In this document: positions 38,024-48,300 of the stretch, piece after piece
Layout of the letters: each line of letters opens with the position of its first letter
How positions within the stretch are numbered: position 1 is the first letter of the stretch
Assembly: GCA_045127215.1 (NCBI GenBank)
Contig: JBGVPV010000086.1
Location: forward strand, 16,472-80,471
Direction: 5' to 3'
Length of the DNA: 64,000 nucleotides
From: Eubacteriales bacterium
Lineage (GTDB): Bacteria; Bacillota; Clostridia; Oscillospirales; CAG-272
Notes under the pieces: model-generated
The model's database searches: none
Seen by the model: the letters and a program-made list of their open reading frames with translations, nothing else
Told to the model about the DNA's origin: nothing
Translations under genes and position numbers: made by a program

Positions 38024-38100
38024 TGGTGGAGACAACTAGATTCGAACTAGTGACCCCTTGCATGTCAAGCAAGTACTCTAACCAACTGAGCTATGCCTCC
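38024..38100 (-). tRNA. tRNA-Val (anticodon GAC), CCA encoded
   Basis: The minus strand reads GGAGGCAUAGCUCAGUUGGUUAGAGUACUUGCUUGACAUGCAAGGGGUCACUAGUUCGAAUCUAGUUGUCUCCACCA. It forms a cloverleaf with anticodon loop UUGACAU. Confidence 0.93.
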
Positions 38101-38116
38101 ACGCTGATGCTTGGAT

Positions 38117-38145
38117 ATTATACCACACTTTTTTTCGTTTTGCAA
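38117..38145 (-). promoter_or_regulatory. Sigma-A promoter of tRNA-Val (TTGCAA-17-TATAAT with TG extension)
   Basis: The minus strand reads ttgcaa-aacgaaaaaaagtgtgg-tataat, ending 16 nt upstream of the tRNA 5' end. Confidence 0.6.
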
Positions 38146-38164
38146 TACTTTTTTTGAAAAAGTG

Positions 38165-38193
38165 TTGATTTTTTTTTACTTTAATATTATAAT
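38165..38193 (+). promoter_or_regulatory. Candidate sigma-A promoter of pssA (TTGATT-17-TATAAT)
   Basis: ttgatt (38165-38170), a 17-nt spacer, then tataat (38188-38193). The AT-rich context lowers specificity. Confidence 0.4.
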
Positions 38194-38238
38194 TATAATA
38201 TTAAGCATTAAATTTTTTAGTTCTTTAGGAGTTTAGAC

Positions 38239-38859
38239 ATGATCGGCTTTTACAACTACACCGTTATTCTTACTTATTTGAGTCTCGCATCCGCTGTCGC
38301 GGGTATTTTCCTTGCCGTAAACGGCAATCCTTTGGGAGCAATCTGGGCGTTGCTTTTATCAGGTCTTTGCGACTTGTTTGACGGCAGAGTTGCATCCACC
38401 AAAAAAGATCGCACAGCCAATGAGCGCGCGTTTGGTATTCAAATTGATTCGCTTTGCGATGCGGTAGCCTTTGGAGTTCTCCCCGCGGTCATTACTTACT
38501 GCTCGGGATTCAACAATACTTATTTTTTGCCTTTACTTATTTTCTTCGTGCTTGCGGCTATAATTCGACTCGCTTACTTTAACGTAACCGAAGAAGAACG
38601 TCAGCAAACGACAACGGAAAGACGCCGTTATTTTCTCGGTCTCCCCGTCACTTCATCGGCGATAATTCTTCCCTTCTTTTTCTGCCTTATGTATATTTTC
38701 GGCGGAATATTTAAATGGATATTTTTTGCCGCATTTGCTGCTGTCGGAATTCTCTTTATCACACCGATAAAAGTTACCAAAGCGAATGCTTTTACATCCG
38801 TCCTTTACATAATACTCGGCATTGCCGAATTTGTATGCTTGCTTGTAGCGTCGTTCTGA
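38239..38859 (+). CDS. pssA: CDP-diacylglycerol--serine O-phosphatidyltransferase (CDP-alcohol phosphatidyltransferase family)
   Basis: 206 aa membrane protein. CDP-alcohol motif CDLFDGRVAS...FGIQIDSLCDAVAFG. RBS AGGAG. Confidence 0.8.
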   Translation: MIGFYNYTVILTYLSLASAVAGIFLAVNGNPLGAIWALLLSGLCDLFDGRVASTKKDRTANERAFGIQIDSLCDAVAFGVLPAVITYCSGFNNTYFLPLLIFFVLAAIIRLAYFNVTEEERQQTTTERRRYFLGLPVTSSAIILPFFFCLMYIFGGIFKWIFFAAFAAVGILFITPIKVTKANAFTSVLYIILGIAEFVCLLVASF

Positions 38860-38889
38860 CCATTAAAAAACTTAAAACGGAGCTTTATT

Positions 38890-40617
38890 TTGAAACATCT
38901 ATTAAAATTCTTTAAGGGATATAAACTCAGAGCCGTACTCGCGCCCTTGTTCAAATGCCTTGAAGCCATCTTTGAGCTGCTCGTACCGCTTGCCGTAACG
39001 CAAATTATTGACGTAGGTATCAAACAAAATGACACGGGCGTTATAATATCGATGTGCGGCATTATGTTCGCCCTCGCGGTCATCGGCTTTATATGCGCTA
39101 CCTGCGCTCAGTATTTCTCTGCCAAGACCGCCGTCGGCGTGTGCACTCGCATACGCAGCGAGCTTTTCTCGCATATTCAGAAATTCGGTTACTCCGACAC
39201 GGACAAGCTCGGTACATCCACGCTTATAACTCGACTTACGGGTGACCTCAATTCAGTACAGACCGGAATCAATATGTTTCTGCGTCTTTTTATGCGTTCT
39301 CCTTTTATAGTTTTTGGCGCTATGATAATGGCGTTTACCATAGATGCCGAGCTTTCCCTGATATTCCTTGTAACGATAATCGTTTTGACAATCGTCGTAT
39401 TTGGCATAATGCTCGGCAGTATGCCGCTTTACAAACGCTGCCAGGCAAAGCTTGACTTGGTACTCGGCAAAGTAAGAAGCAACTATAACGGTACACGTGT
39501 TGTTCGAGCGTTCAACAAACAAGCTGATGAGATCGAGGACTTCGATACAAGAAACAAGGCACTCACCAAAATACAGCTTTTTGCAGGGCGTATCTCCGCG
39601 CTCATGAATCCCCTTACATATGTTATCATCAACTTTGCCGTAATTATTTTGATTAAAAACGGCGCAATAACCGTGGACAGCGGCTCTTTAACTCAGGGCG
39701 AGCTTATCGCGCTTTACAACTATATGTCGCAGATACTTGTTGAGCTTATAAAGCTGGCTTCGCTTATAATAACGCTCAGCAAAGCGGCGGCAAGCGCTTC
39801 GCGTGTCAGCGCGATACTCACAAGAGATCCCCAAGCGCCTCCAACACCTGAGCAGGCAAGCTGCGACGGTGAGGATGCAGTACGCTTTGACAACGTAAGC
39901 TTTGGATACAACACCTCAGCAGATCACGCTATCGACGGCATCAGCTTTTCGGCAAAGCGTGGTGACGTTATCGGCATTATCGGCTCGACGGGCTCAGGCA
40001 AAAGTACTCTCGTAAATCTGATCCCGGGATTTTATTTTGCAAATTCCGGCAACGTATTTATAAACGGAAAGAATTCCGCGCTTTATGACAATCACGAAAT
40101 AAGTGATCTGGTCAGTATCGTTCCGCAAAAAGCTCAACTATTCAAGGGTACAGTGCGCTCCAATTTACTGTGGGGCAACCAAGATGCTACGGATGAAATG
40201 ATGTGGGCGGCGCTCACGGCGGCTCAGGCAAACGATTTCATTGAGGACAAGGGCGGACTTGATACACCCGTTATGCAAAACGGAAGCAATTTCTCGGGCG
40301 GACAGCGTCAACGTCTTACGGTCGCTCGCGCACTCATCAAACGCGCTCCCATACTCATTCTTGATGATTCGGCTTCCGCTCTTGACTACGCTACCGAGGC
40401 AAAGCTACGCCTTGCCATCGCCTCACTTGAATATTCTCCTACGGTATTTATCGTATCACAGCGCGCCTCGTCAATGCTACACGCAGACAAGATAATCGTA
40501 CTTGACGATGGAAATATGGTCGGCTGCGGAGTTCACTCCGAGCTTCTTAAGAGCTGTGAAGTATATCGCGATATATACCGCTCCCAATTTCCCGAGGAGG
40601 TGAGTGCCGATGCGTAA
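38890..40617 (+). CDS. ABC exporter, fused permease/ATPase subunit (degenerate-site half of a heterodimer)
   Basis: TTG start with RBS ACGGAG. Six-TM type I exporter domain. Walker A GSTGSGKST, signature FSGGQRQRL, and Walker B ILILDDSAS, with Asp in place of the catalytic Glu. Confidence 0.92.
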   Translation: MKHLLKFFKGYKLRAVLAPLFKCLEAIFELLVPLAVTQIIDVGIKQNDTGVIISMCGIMFALAVIGFICATCAQYFSAKTAVGVCTRIRSELFSHIQKFGYSDTDKLGTSTLITRLTGDLNSVQTGINMFLRLFMRSPFIVFGAMIMAFTIDAELSLIFLVTIIVLTIVVFGIMLGSMPLYKRCQAKLDLVLGKVRSNYNGTRVVRAFNKQADEIEDFDTRNKALTKIQLFAGRISALMNPLTYVIINFAVIILIKNGAITVDSGSLTQGELIALYNYMSQILVELIKLASLIITLSKAAASASRVSAILTRDPQAPPTPEQASCDGEDAVRFDNVSFGYNTSADHAIDGISFSAKRGDVIGIIGSTGSGKSTLVNLIPGFYFANSGNVFINGKNSALYDNHEISDLVSIVPQKAQLFKGTVRSNLLWGNQDATDEMMWAALTAAQANDFIEDKGGLDTPVMQNGSNFSGGQRQRLTVARALIKRAPILILDDSASALDYATEAKLRLAIASLEYSPTVFIVSQRASSMLHADKIIVLDDGNMVGCGVHSELLKSCEVYRDIYRSQFPEEVSADA

Positions 40618-42373
40618 AACAAATACCAAAGCGAGCGCCAAGACCTTCTTCGAGATACTCAGATATCTTAAGGTTTACAGAATCCATTTTATACTCGCAC
40701 TTATTTTTACAGCGATCTCAGTCGCTCTCACGCTTTACATTCCCATTCTTGTCGGTCAAGCCATCGATAACGCTATCGGCAAAGGCAACGTAGACTTCGA
40801 CGCTATCACGGCAATACTTTTTAAAATGGGAGCTGCCATTATAGCAACCGCGATACTCAACTGGCTTATCAACGTTCTCAACAACGCAATGACCTACGGA
40901 ATAGTTAAAAATATCCGCAAAGAAGCGTTTGAGAAGATACAGCGATTCCCCATTTCTTTTATCGATTCCAACAGAACGGGAGATATCGTCAGCCGTGTGA
41001 TCACCGACGTTGATCAGTTCGCCGACGGACTTCTGCTTGGCTTTACACAATTCTTCGCCGGTATTATGACTATCGTGGGAACGCTTTTGTTTATGCTTTT
41101 CATCAACGTTCCCGTAACGCTGATAGTAGTCGTGCTTACTCCCCTTTCACTGTTTGTGGCAAGCTTTATAGCAAAGAAAACGTATTCGATGTTCAAGCTT
41201 CAGTCAGAAATAAGAAGTGAGCAGACCTCGCTGATCGACGAGGCGATATCCTCACACAAATTGGTTATTGCATTCAATCAGGAGGAAAATCTGAATCAGC
41301 AATTCGACGAGATAAATGACCGTCTTGGATCTGCATCCTTAAAGGCGATATTCTTCTCGTCCTTGACCAATCCCTCAACGAGATTTGTAAACAGCACGGT
41401 CTACGCTATCGTCGCTCTCGTCGGTGCTTTTATCTGCATATCAAATCCCGACGTTCTGAGTATCGGTATGCTGTCAAGCTTTCTTGCGTATTCAACGCAA
41501 TATACAAAGCCCTTCAACGAGATCTCGGGCGTTATAACCGAGCTTCAAAATTCCCTTGCCTGTGCAAGACGCGTCTTTGATCTTATCAAAGCACCGGTTA
41601 TGCCGGAAGAATCATGTGAAGCTGAGGACGTAACCTTCCACGGTGACGTAGAGTTTAAAAACGTAAGCTTCTCATATACCCCTGACAGCGAGCTTATAAA
41701 AGATTTCAATCTTTCCGTGCACTCCGGTCAGCGTATTGCTATCGTAGGCCCCACGGGTTGCGGAAAAACCACGCTTATCAATCTCCTGATGAGATTTTAC
41801 GATGTCAACGAGGGTAACATCGTACTTGACGGAACACCCACGGCCAACATATCGCGTCACACCTTGCGCGACTCTTTTGGAATGGTGCTCCAGGATACGT
41901 GGCTATCTCCCGGAACTATAAGAGACAATATCGCCTTCGGTAAGCCCGATGCTACCGATGAAGAAGTGATTGAAGCGGCAAAGCAGGCGCACGCGCACAG
42001 CTTTATACGCAGACTTCCCAACGGCTATAACACCGTTATAGGTGAAGACGGCGGATCGCTTTCACAGGGACAAAAGCAGCTACTTTGCATCGCAAGAGTT
42101 ATTCTTTGTCTGCCCGAAATGCTTATTCTTGACGAGGCAACGTCCTCTATCGACACTCGAACCGAGATAAGAATACAAAAGGCGTTTGCGCTTATGATGC
42201 AGGGACGAACCTCGTTCATCGTTGCGCACCGACTTTCAACTATTCTTGAAGCTGACAAAATACTCGTTATGAAGGACGGAAATATCATCGAGCAAGGCAC
42301 TCACAAGGAGTTGCTCGCGATGAACGGATTTTATACCGAGCTATACAACAGTCAGTTTGCAAAAATTGAATAA
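40610..42373 (+). CDS. ABC exporter, fused permease/ATPase subunit (consensus-site half of a heterodimer)
   Basis: The ATG at 40610 lies 9 nt after GAGGAGG and overlaps the upstream stop by 8 nt. Walker A GPTGCGKTT, signature LSQGQKQLL, and Walker B LILDEATSS with the catalytic Glu. Confidence 0.92.
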   Translation: MRKTNTKASAKTFFEILRYLKVYRIHFILALIFTAISVALTLYIPILVGQAIDNAIGKGNVDFDAITAILFKMGAAIIATAILNWLINVLNNAMTYGIVKNIRKEAFEKIQRFPISFIDSNRTGDIVSRVITDVDQFADGLLLGFTQFFAGIMTIVGTLLFMLFINVPVTLIVVVLTPLSLFVASFIAKKTYSMFKLQSEIRSEQTSLIDEAISSHKLVIAFNQEENLNQQFDEINDRLGSASLKAIFFSSLTNPSTRFVNSTVYAIVALVGAFICISNPDVLSIGMLSSFLAYSTQYTKPFNEISGVITELQNSLACARRVFDLIKAPVMPEESCEAEDVTFHGDVEFKNVSFSYTPDSELIKDFNLSVHSGQRIAIVGPTGCGKTTLINLLMRFYDVNEGNIVLDGTPTANISRHTLRDSFGMVLQDTWLSPGTIRDNIAFGKPDATDEEVIEAAKQAHAHSFIRRLPNGYNTVIGEDGGSLSQGQKQLLCIARVILCLPEMLILDEATSSIDTRTEIRIQKAFALMMQGRTSFIVAHRLSTILEADKILVMKDGNIIEQGTHKELLAMNGFYTELYNSQFAKIE

Positions 42374-42423
42374 AAAGAAAAAACCGCGCTTACAAAATCA
42401 TTTGTAGGTGCGGTTTTATTTTA

Positions 42424-44850
42424 CTATTCCTTGTCTTTCCAATCAAAATAATTGAAATGAGTTTTACATGCTCGGTTGTACTGGAATTCTCCTCGACTTA
42501 TGCCGCAAAACGTTTTTTCGGGCAATATATTATTGAAAAAAGGCAGTGTGGGAGAAGTTTCGGGAGGGATGTTTTTGCCGATATCACGCCAGACGTATTG
42601 AGCGTCGGTTATATATATCTGCTTTGGAAAGCTTCGCTCAACAACGATAAGTCCTACTCTTTTGACGTTCTCAATGGGACAGTCTCCAACTACCACGCCG
42701 CCGTCAACGGCGTCATAGCTTACCATCACATGTCGGTCGCAATATTCGCTCGGCTCACTTCCCTTTACAAAATATCCAACCTGTGCCCTATCTCCTCTGG
42801 CATCACTGTGACAAGCTACCGTCATAAGCTTTCCCGAGTCTGCACAGTATTCACACTTGACGATATTGCTACTTATATCAAACTCAGTATCTCCCCCACG
42901 AATATCCTCCTGACACAGCTCACTCATTATCTCATCCCATATCCTATTGCATTTATTTCCCTGATATGCGGAAAGAGTTTTCGGGTACTCGTATCCCATC
43001 CATACACCGCCGATATAACGCGAGGTATATCCGATAAACCAATTATCGTACTTATTTTGAGTAGTTCCCGTTTTACCTGCGCATTCAAGGTATCGGGATA
43101 GTGAAATATCCGTTGCCGTTCCATTTCGTATGACTCCCTCGAGCATAAGCGTCATAAGATCGGCGTTCTCCTCGCTTAATACGATCTCCCCCTTATACTT
43201 CTTTTCGAGTATAAGCTCACCTCTGCCGTCCACTACCCGCGAATACGAGCGCGAGTAATTATACACACCGTCATTTGCAAAAATGGAATATGCGGCGGTT
43301 ATATCCTTTACGCTTACCCCGTAATTGAACTGACCAAGCGCCAAGGCGGCGTAATCCATATCGGTGATTACGCTTCCGTCTTCAAGAGTTTTGCGCCTGA
43401 TAAGACCGTCAAAGTGTAATTTTTCACGCAAGAAATTAAAGGATTCTTCAAGCCCGAGGTCATCAAGCAGTTTTATCGGAACGGTATTCAGAGAATGAGC
43501 TATTGAATAGCTTATATTAGAAAGTCCCCGATAATTGCCGTTTGCGTTATTCGGCCAAGCGGTAAGCTTTTCAGCGGGTACGTCATCCGATCCCAAAAAG
43601 CGCACGGGGGTATCGTCATGCACGCTTGACCAGGTTATGATCCCACTTTCAAGCGCGGGGGCGTACACGGACAGGGGCTTTATGACCGAGCCCGCGGGGC
43701 GAAGCGTATCGGTAGCAAAATTCTGAACTCTATTCCCCGTCTTCTCTCCGACAGCACCGACTACTCCCAAAATATCTCCCGTACGGCTATCAATAATTAT
43801 CATCGACGATTGCGGTATTTCAGCGCCGTTATTAGTAGAAAAATTTGAGATATCCGAATAATACCTCTCGAGTAGGTCTTGCACCTTCTTATCCATCACC
43901 GTGTATATTTCAAGACCTCCCGTGTACAACACGAGATTTGCCATGCTCTTGCTGTATCCGTACTCCTCGCAAAGATCCGTTATCACGTCCTTTATCACCA
44001 TATCTACGTACCAGGAATTTATTTTACTGCCCTCATCCGACGCCACACAAAGAACCGTTTCACTCATTTTAGCATCCTCGAATTCCGCCTCGGTAATATA
44101 ACCCTGAGCATACATCTCAGACAAGATCAGATTGCGACGAGCTTTGTTATTTTCAGGATTTTTAATAGGATCATAAAAGCTCGGACTGTTTGTAATTGCC
44201 GCGATACACGCGCATTCGGCAAGTGTCAGGTCACTTACGTCCTTTGAAAAATAATATTCTGCCGCTGCTCCTACACCATAACAGCCCTGCGAGAGATTTA
44301 TAATATTCAGATACATTTCAAGTATCTCGTCCTTACTGAGCTTACTCTCAAGGTCGATCGCCCAGAAGATCTCCTGAATCTTTCTGTGCAAGGAATATTC
44401 ATCTTCCTCGGTGACGTTTTTTATCAGCTGCTGAGTTATGGTAGATCCGCCGTAGCTCTTTTTGATATTCAAAAAATAATTAACACCTGCCGTGGCAGTC
44501 CTCAGCCAATCGACACCGTCGTGACTATAAAATCTCTTATCCTCAATGGCAATAAATGCATCTTTTAAATACCTTGGTATTTCCTCATGTTTTTTATATA
44601 CGCATCTGTAACCGCCGAACAAAGTATGCGCGGAAAGCGACTGAACCTTCGCCTCTCCCCCACCTTTGTCTTCATAATAATATATCTTACTCTGAACGTT
44701 AGTTCCAACGCTGTAAAAAATATTTTCGTCTATACTTTTTTCAATATGCGTATCAATATACATCACAGCGAACAATCCCAAAAACAACAGTAGCACCGAT
44801 AGCACTATTGCCGTGATCAGTAAAATACGCTTCGTCAGTTTTCCTAACAT
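42424..44850 (-). CDS. PBP1A-family bifunctional penicillin-binding protein (glycosyltransferase GT51 + transpeptidase)
   Basis: N-terminal TM anchor. GT51 motifs IAIEDKRFYSHDGVD, GGSTITQQL and RKIQE. Transpeptidase motifs SVIKP (SxxK) and KTGTT. About 170-aa Cys-containing C-terminal extension. Confidence 0.93.
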   Translation of the reverse strand: MLGKLTKRILLITAIVLSVLLLFLGLFAVMYIDTHIEKSIDENIFYSVGTNVQSKIYYYEDKGGGEAKVQSLSAHTLFGGYRCVYKKHEEIPRYLKDAFIAIEDKRFYSHDGVDWLRTATAGVNYFLNIKKSYGGSTITQQLIKNVTEEDEYSLHRKIQEIFWAIDLESKLSKDEILEMYLNIINLSQGCYGVGAAAEYYFSKDVSDLTLAECACIAAITNSPSFYDPIKNPENNKARRNLILSEMYAQGYITEAEFEDAKMSETVLCVASDEGSKINSWYVDMVIKDVITDLCEEYGYSKSMANLVLYTGGLEIYTVMDKKVQDLLERYYSDISNFSTNNGAEIPQSSMIIIDSRTGDILGVVGAVGEKTGNRVQNFATDTLRPAGSVIKPLSVYAPALESGIITWSSVHDDTPVRFLGSDDVPAEKLTAWPNNANGNYRGLSNISYSIAHSLNTVPIKLLDDLGLEESFNFLREKLHFDGLIRRKTLEDGSVITDMDYAALALGQFNYGVSVKDITAAYSIFANDGVYNYSRSYSRVVDGRGELILEKKYKGEIVLSEENADLMTLMLEGVIRNGTATDISLSRYLECAGKTGTTQNKYDNWFIGYTSRYIGGVWMGYEYPKTLSAYQGNKCNRIWDEIMSELCQEDIRGGDTEFDISSNIVKCEYCADSGKLMTVACHSDARGDRAQVGYFVKGSEPSEYCDRHVMVSYDAVDGGVVVGDCPIENVKRVGLIVVERSFPKQIYITDAQYVWRDIGKNIPPETSPTLPFFNNILPEKTFCGISRGEFQYNRACKTHFNYFDWKDKE

Positions 44851-44952
44851 AAAACCACCTCTTTTTTGCTTTTCCTTATTATTACACGCAGCAGCATAAA
44901 ATATGATTTTATGCTAAGAATAATAAGGAATCTTTTTTAAAAGGGGTAAGCA

Positions 44953-45372
44953 ATGCCAAACGAAAAATCCAAATCTGTGAAAAATATCTTTCCGGTTTTT
45001 ACACTTATTTTATCGGTAAACTTTTTAGCACTTATGATTTGCACCTGCATTTTGTTCGGACTCAAATTAAAAAGTATACCTCCGAACACGCCTGAGGTAA
45101 TCACGCTAAAGGAGTATATCTATATCAAAGATCAGCCTGACGAAGACGCGTCTGTATCCACCGGCAAAGACGATATTAACGAGGAAAGCTTCCTTGTGAA
45201 AGAATACGAAGGGCAAATCGGTATCTTCTCACTTGAAGGCGGTGAGATAAGGTACGTTATCGACAGATATATAAAAACCCTTCCCGAAGCCGACAAGCGT
45301 CTGCTCAGAGAAGGGTTTGTGGTAATTGGAATCCACGGTATATATCCGGTTATTGAAGATTATACGGGATAA
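44953..45372 (+). CDS. Small membrane-anchored hypothetical protein (139 aa)
   Basis: One N-terminal TM (IFPVFTLILSVNFLALMICTCILFGL). The C-terminal block LVKEYEGQIGIFSLEGG...IKTLPEADKRLLREGFVV...IEDYTG resembles domains seen in small sporulation-associated proteins. That link is tentative. Confidence 0.55.
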   Translation: MPNEKSKSVKNIFPVFTLILSVNFLALMICTCILFGLKLKSIPPNTPEVITLKEYIYIKDQPDEDASVSTGKDDINEESFLVKEYEGQIGIFSLEGGEIRYVIDRYIKTLPEADKRLLREGFVVIGIHGIYPVIEDYTG

Positions 45373-48300
45373 CTATTTGATGACTACGTTATCAGCACCA
45401 AGGAGAGTCACGAGCGCATCCATAACGGGCACACTGATCTTGATGCCTTTTGCAGTATCATGATATGAAGAGGTAGAGCTATCATAAAATATAACCCTGA
45501 CGTCACCGCGAGAGCCGTCTGCGATTCGCTGAGCTTCAAAGAACTTGTGCGAATTCATATCGGGCACTCGTAAATAAAGCTTCGAATATGACGCGCCGTT
45601 CTGTATCTGCTTTGCGTTAGAACTCACTCCTCGCGAAGTATCCGTCCGTTTGACAGTACGCGGATCAAATCTTCCGTTTTCGACAAGCTCGATAATATTA
45701 TTGACAAGTATCTTCGGTTCTTCCTCTTCTCTCAGAGATACGGTTCCTTCAATGCACAGAGCCGCGTCTTCCTTAATAAGACGGAAAAACTGCTGATACT
45801 TCGTCGGGAACACAAGACACTCTATCTCTCCGAATCTGTCTTCAAGCGTAATAAACGCCATGCGTTCTTTCTTCTTGGTCGTCTTTGGCGTTATTGAAGA
45901 AACTATACCGCAAAGGCAGACGTTTTGCTTTTCCTTGACAGACTCCGAGTCAAGACAAGAAGAAATACTCATGGGGGAGATCTGCTGAACGTTTTCGGAA
46001 TAGCTGTCTATCAAGTGACCCGAAAAATACATTCCCGCCACTTCTTTTTCCATCAGAAGCTTTTCTTTTATCGGATACTCAGGTATCTGAGGATACTCGA
46101 ATTTAGGAGCAGCCGCAGAAAAGCTGAAGGCACTTGAAAACATATCAAGCTGACCTGATACGTTGGATCTGCTCTTCTCTGCTCTGATTGAAATGAGCTT
46201 GTCGTAGGACACCAGCATTCTGCTTCTGTAAACGCCCATTCCGTCAAATGCGCCAACCTTGATAAGCGACTCAACCATTCTCTTATTAACGTCATAATCT
46301 GCCATTCGTGAGATAAAGTCCTCAAGATCCTCAAAGGGTGCGACTCGGCGTTCCTTTATAATATTCTCGATAAACTGCTTACCCACGTTTTTGATAGCCA
46401 AAAGACCGAAAATAATATTATTTTTGTCGGGATGGAAATACATCATACTGCGATTGATATCAGGCGGCAACACCTTTATTCCATAGTTATTGCACTCGCC
46501 TATATACTCCGCAAGCTTAGTAAGATTACCAAGTACCGAAGTCATAAGCGCAGACATATATTCGCAAGGATAATGTGCCTTGAGATATGCGGTACGGTAA
46601 GATATTACCGCGTATGCGGCGGCATGACTCTTGTTAAAGGCATATCTTGCAAAGGAAGATATATCATCAAATATACCACCTGCAACCTGCTCGTCGATAC
46701 CGTTTTTACGTGCTCCTTCCAAAAAGCTGTCGCGCTCTGCATTGAGTACGTCGGCTTTTTTCTTTGACATCGCGCGTCGCACGATATCAGCGTGACCGTA
46801 AGAATATCCTGCCATCTCTCTGAACACGCTCATTACCTGCTCCTGATAAACTATACAACCGTAGGTTGAACGTAATATCGGCTCAAGAATAGGGTGGGCA
46901 AATTTAACGTCCTGCGGATTGTGACGCGCTTTTATATATTGCGGTATCGAATCCATAGGACCCGGACGGTAAAGCGCGATAGCCGCAATTATGTCCTCAA
47001 AGCGAGATGGCTTGAGTTCAGAGAGCATCTGACGCATTCCGCCCGATTCAAGCTGAAAGACGCCAAGCGTCGCCCCCGAGGAAATAAGCTCAAATGTCTT
47101 TTTATCGTCAAGGGGTATCTTCTCAATATCAAAATCGGGATCTTGCTCTTTGACAAATCCGCAAGCTTCATCAATGATAGTCAGATAACGCAAAGCAAGA
47201 AAGTCGAATTTAAGAAGTCCGAGCTTTGCCACTACATCCATATCAAACTGAGTTACTATCGCTCCGTTACTCGTCGCAAGCGGAACGTAGCTTGACACGG
47301 GATTGTCGGTCACAACGAGACCTGCCGCGTGTACCGTTATATTTCTCGGCATACCCTCAAGCTCCATGGCGGTATCCACAAGCTGCTTTACGGTATCTGA
47401 GCTTTCATACTGCGCTTTAAGCTCAGGCAGCTTAAGAGCGTCGCTGAGAGTTACGCCAATCTCGTGCGGTACGGCTCTTGCTACGGGGTCTACCTCGGCA
47501 TAAGGAAGTCCCATAGCACGTCCTACGTCACGTATCGCCGCTCTCGCGGCAAGCGTACCGAAGGCAATTATCTGAGAAACGTGATCCGTACCATACTTAT
47601 CGTACATATACGCTATAACCTCATCTCTACGATTATAGCAAAAATCAATATCAATATCGGGCATACTGACGCGCTCGGGATTAAGAAATCTCTCAAAGAG
47701 CAGGTCAAATTTTATAGGATCTACGTCGGTGATCCCAAGCAGAAACGCCACAAGGCTACCCGCACCCGAGCCTCTTCCGGGACCTACGGGAATATTTTTT
47801 GATTTCGCAAAGCTTACGTAATCCTGAACTATAAGGAAATAATCATCATAGCCCATGCTGTGAATTACGGAAAGCTCGTAATCTATTCTGTCAAGATATA
47901 CTTTATCACCCTCGGGAGATGTCACAAGAGTACCGTTCCCCACGCGCAAGTCAAAACCCTTTTGTACAAGCTCTCTTAAATATATTTCGCTGCTAACACC
48001 CGAAGGAGTCTTATACGTAGGAAGCTTCGGATCGTCAAAGGTAAACTCAAAGTTACACTTTTCCGCGATTCTCTCGGTGTTTTCAATTGCATCGCGATAC
48101 TTACCGAATATCATTCGCATCTCGTCAGTGGTCTTATAATAAAACTCATCCGTCTCAAAGCCCGCGGGGCGTCCATCGGATATAATTTTATTGGTTTGTA
48201 TGCACATAAGAACCGCCTGAGTGTTGGCGTTCTCACGTCTGAGATAATGGCAATCGTTCGTAGCTACCATTGGCAATCCGCATTCCTCGGCTACTCTTAC

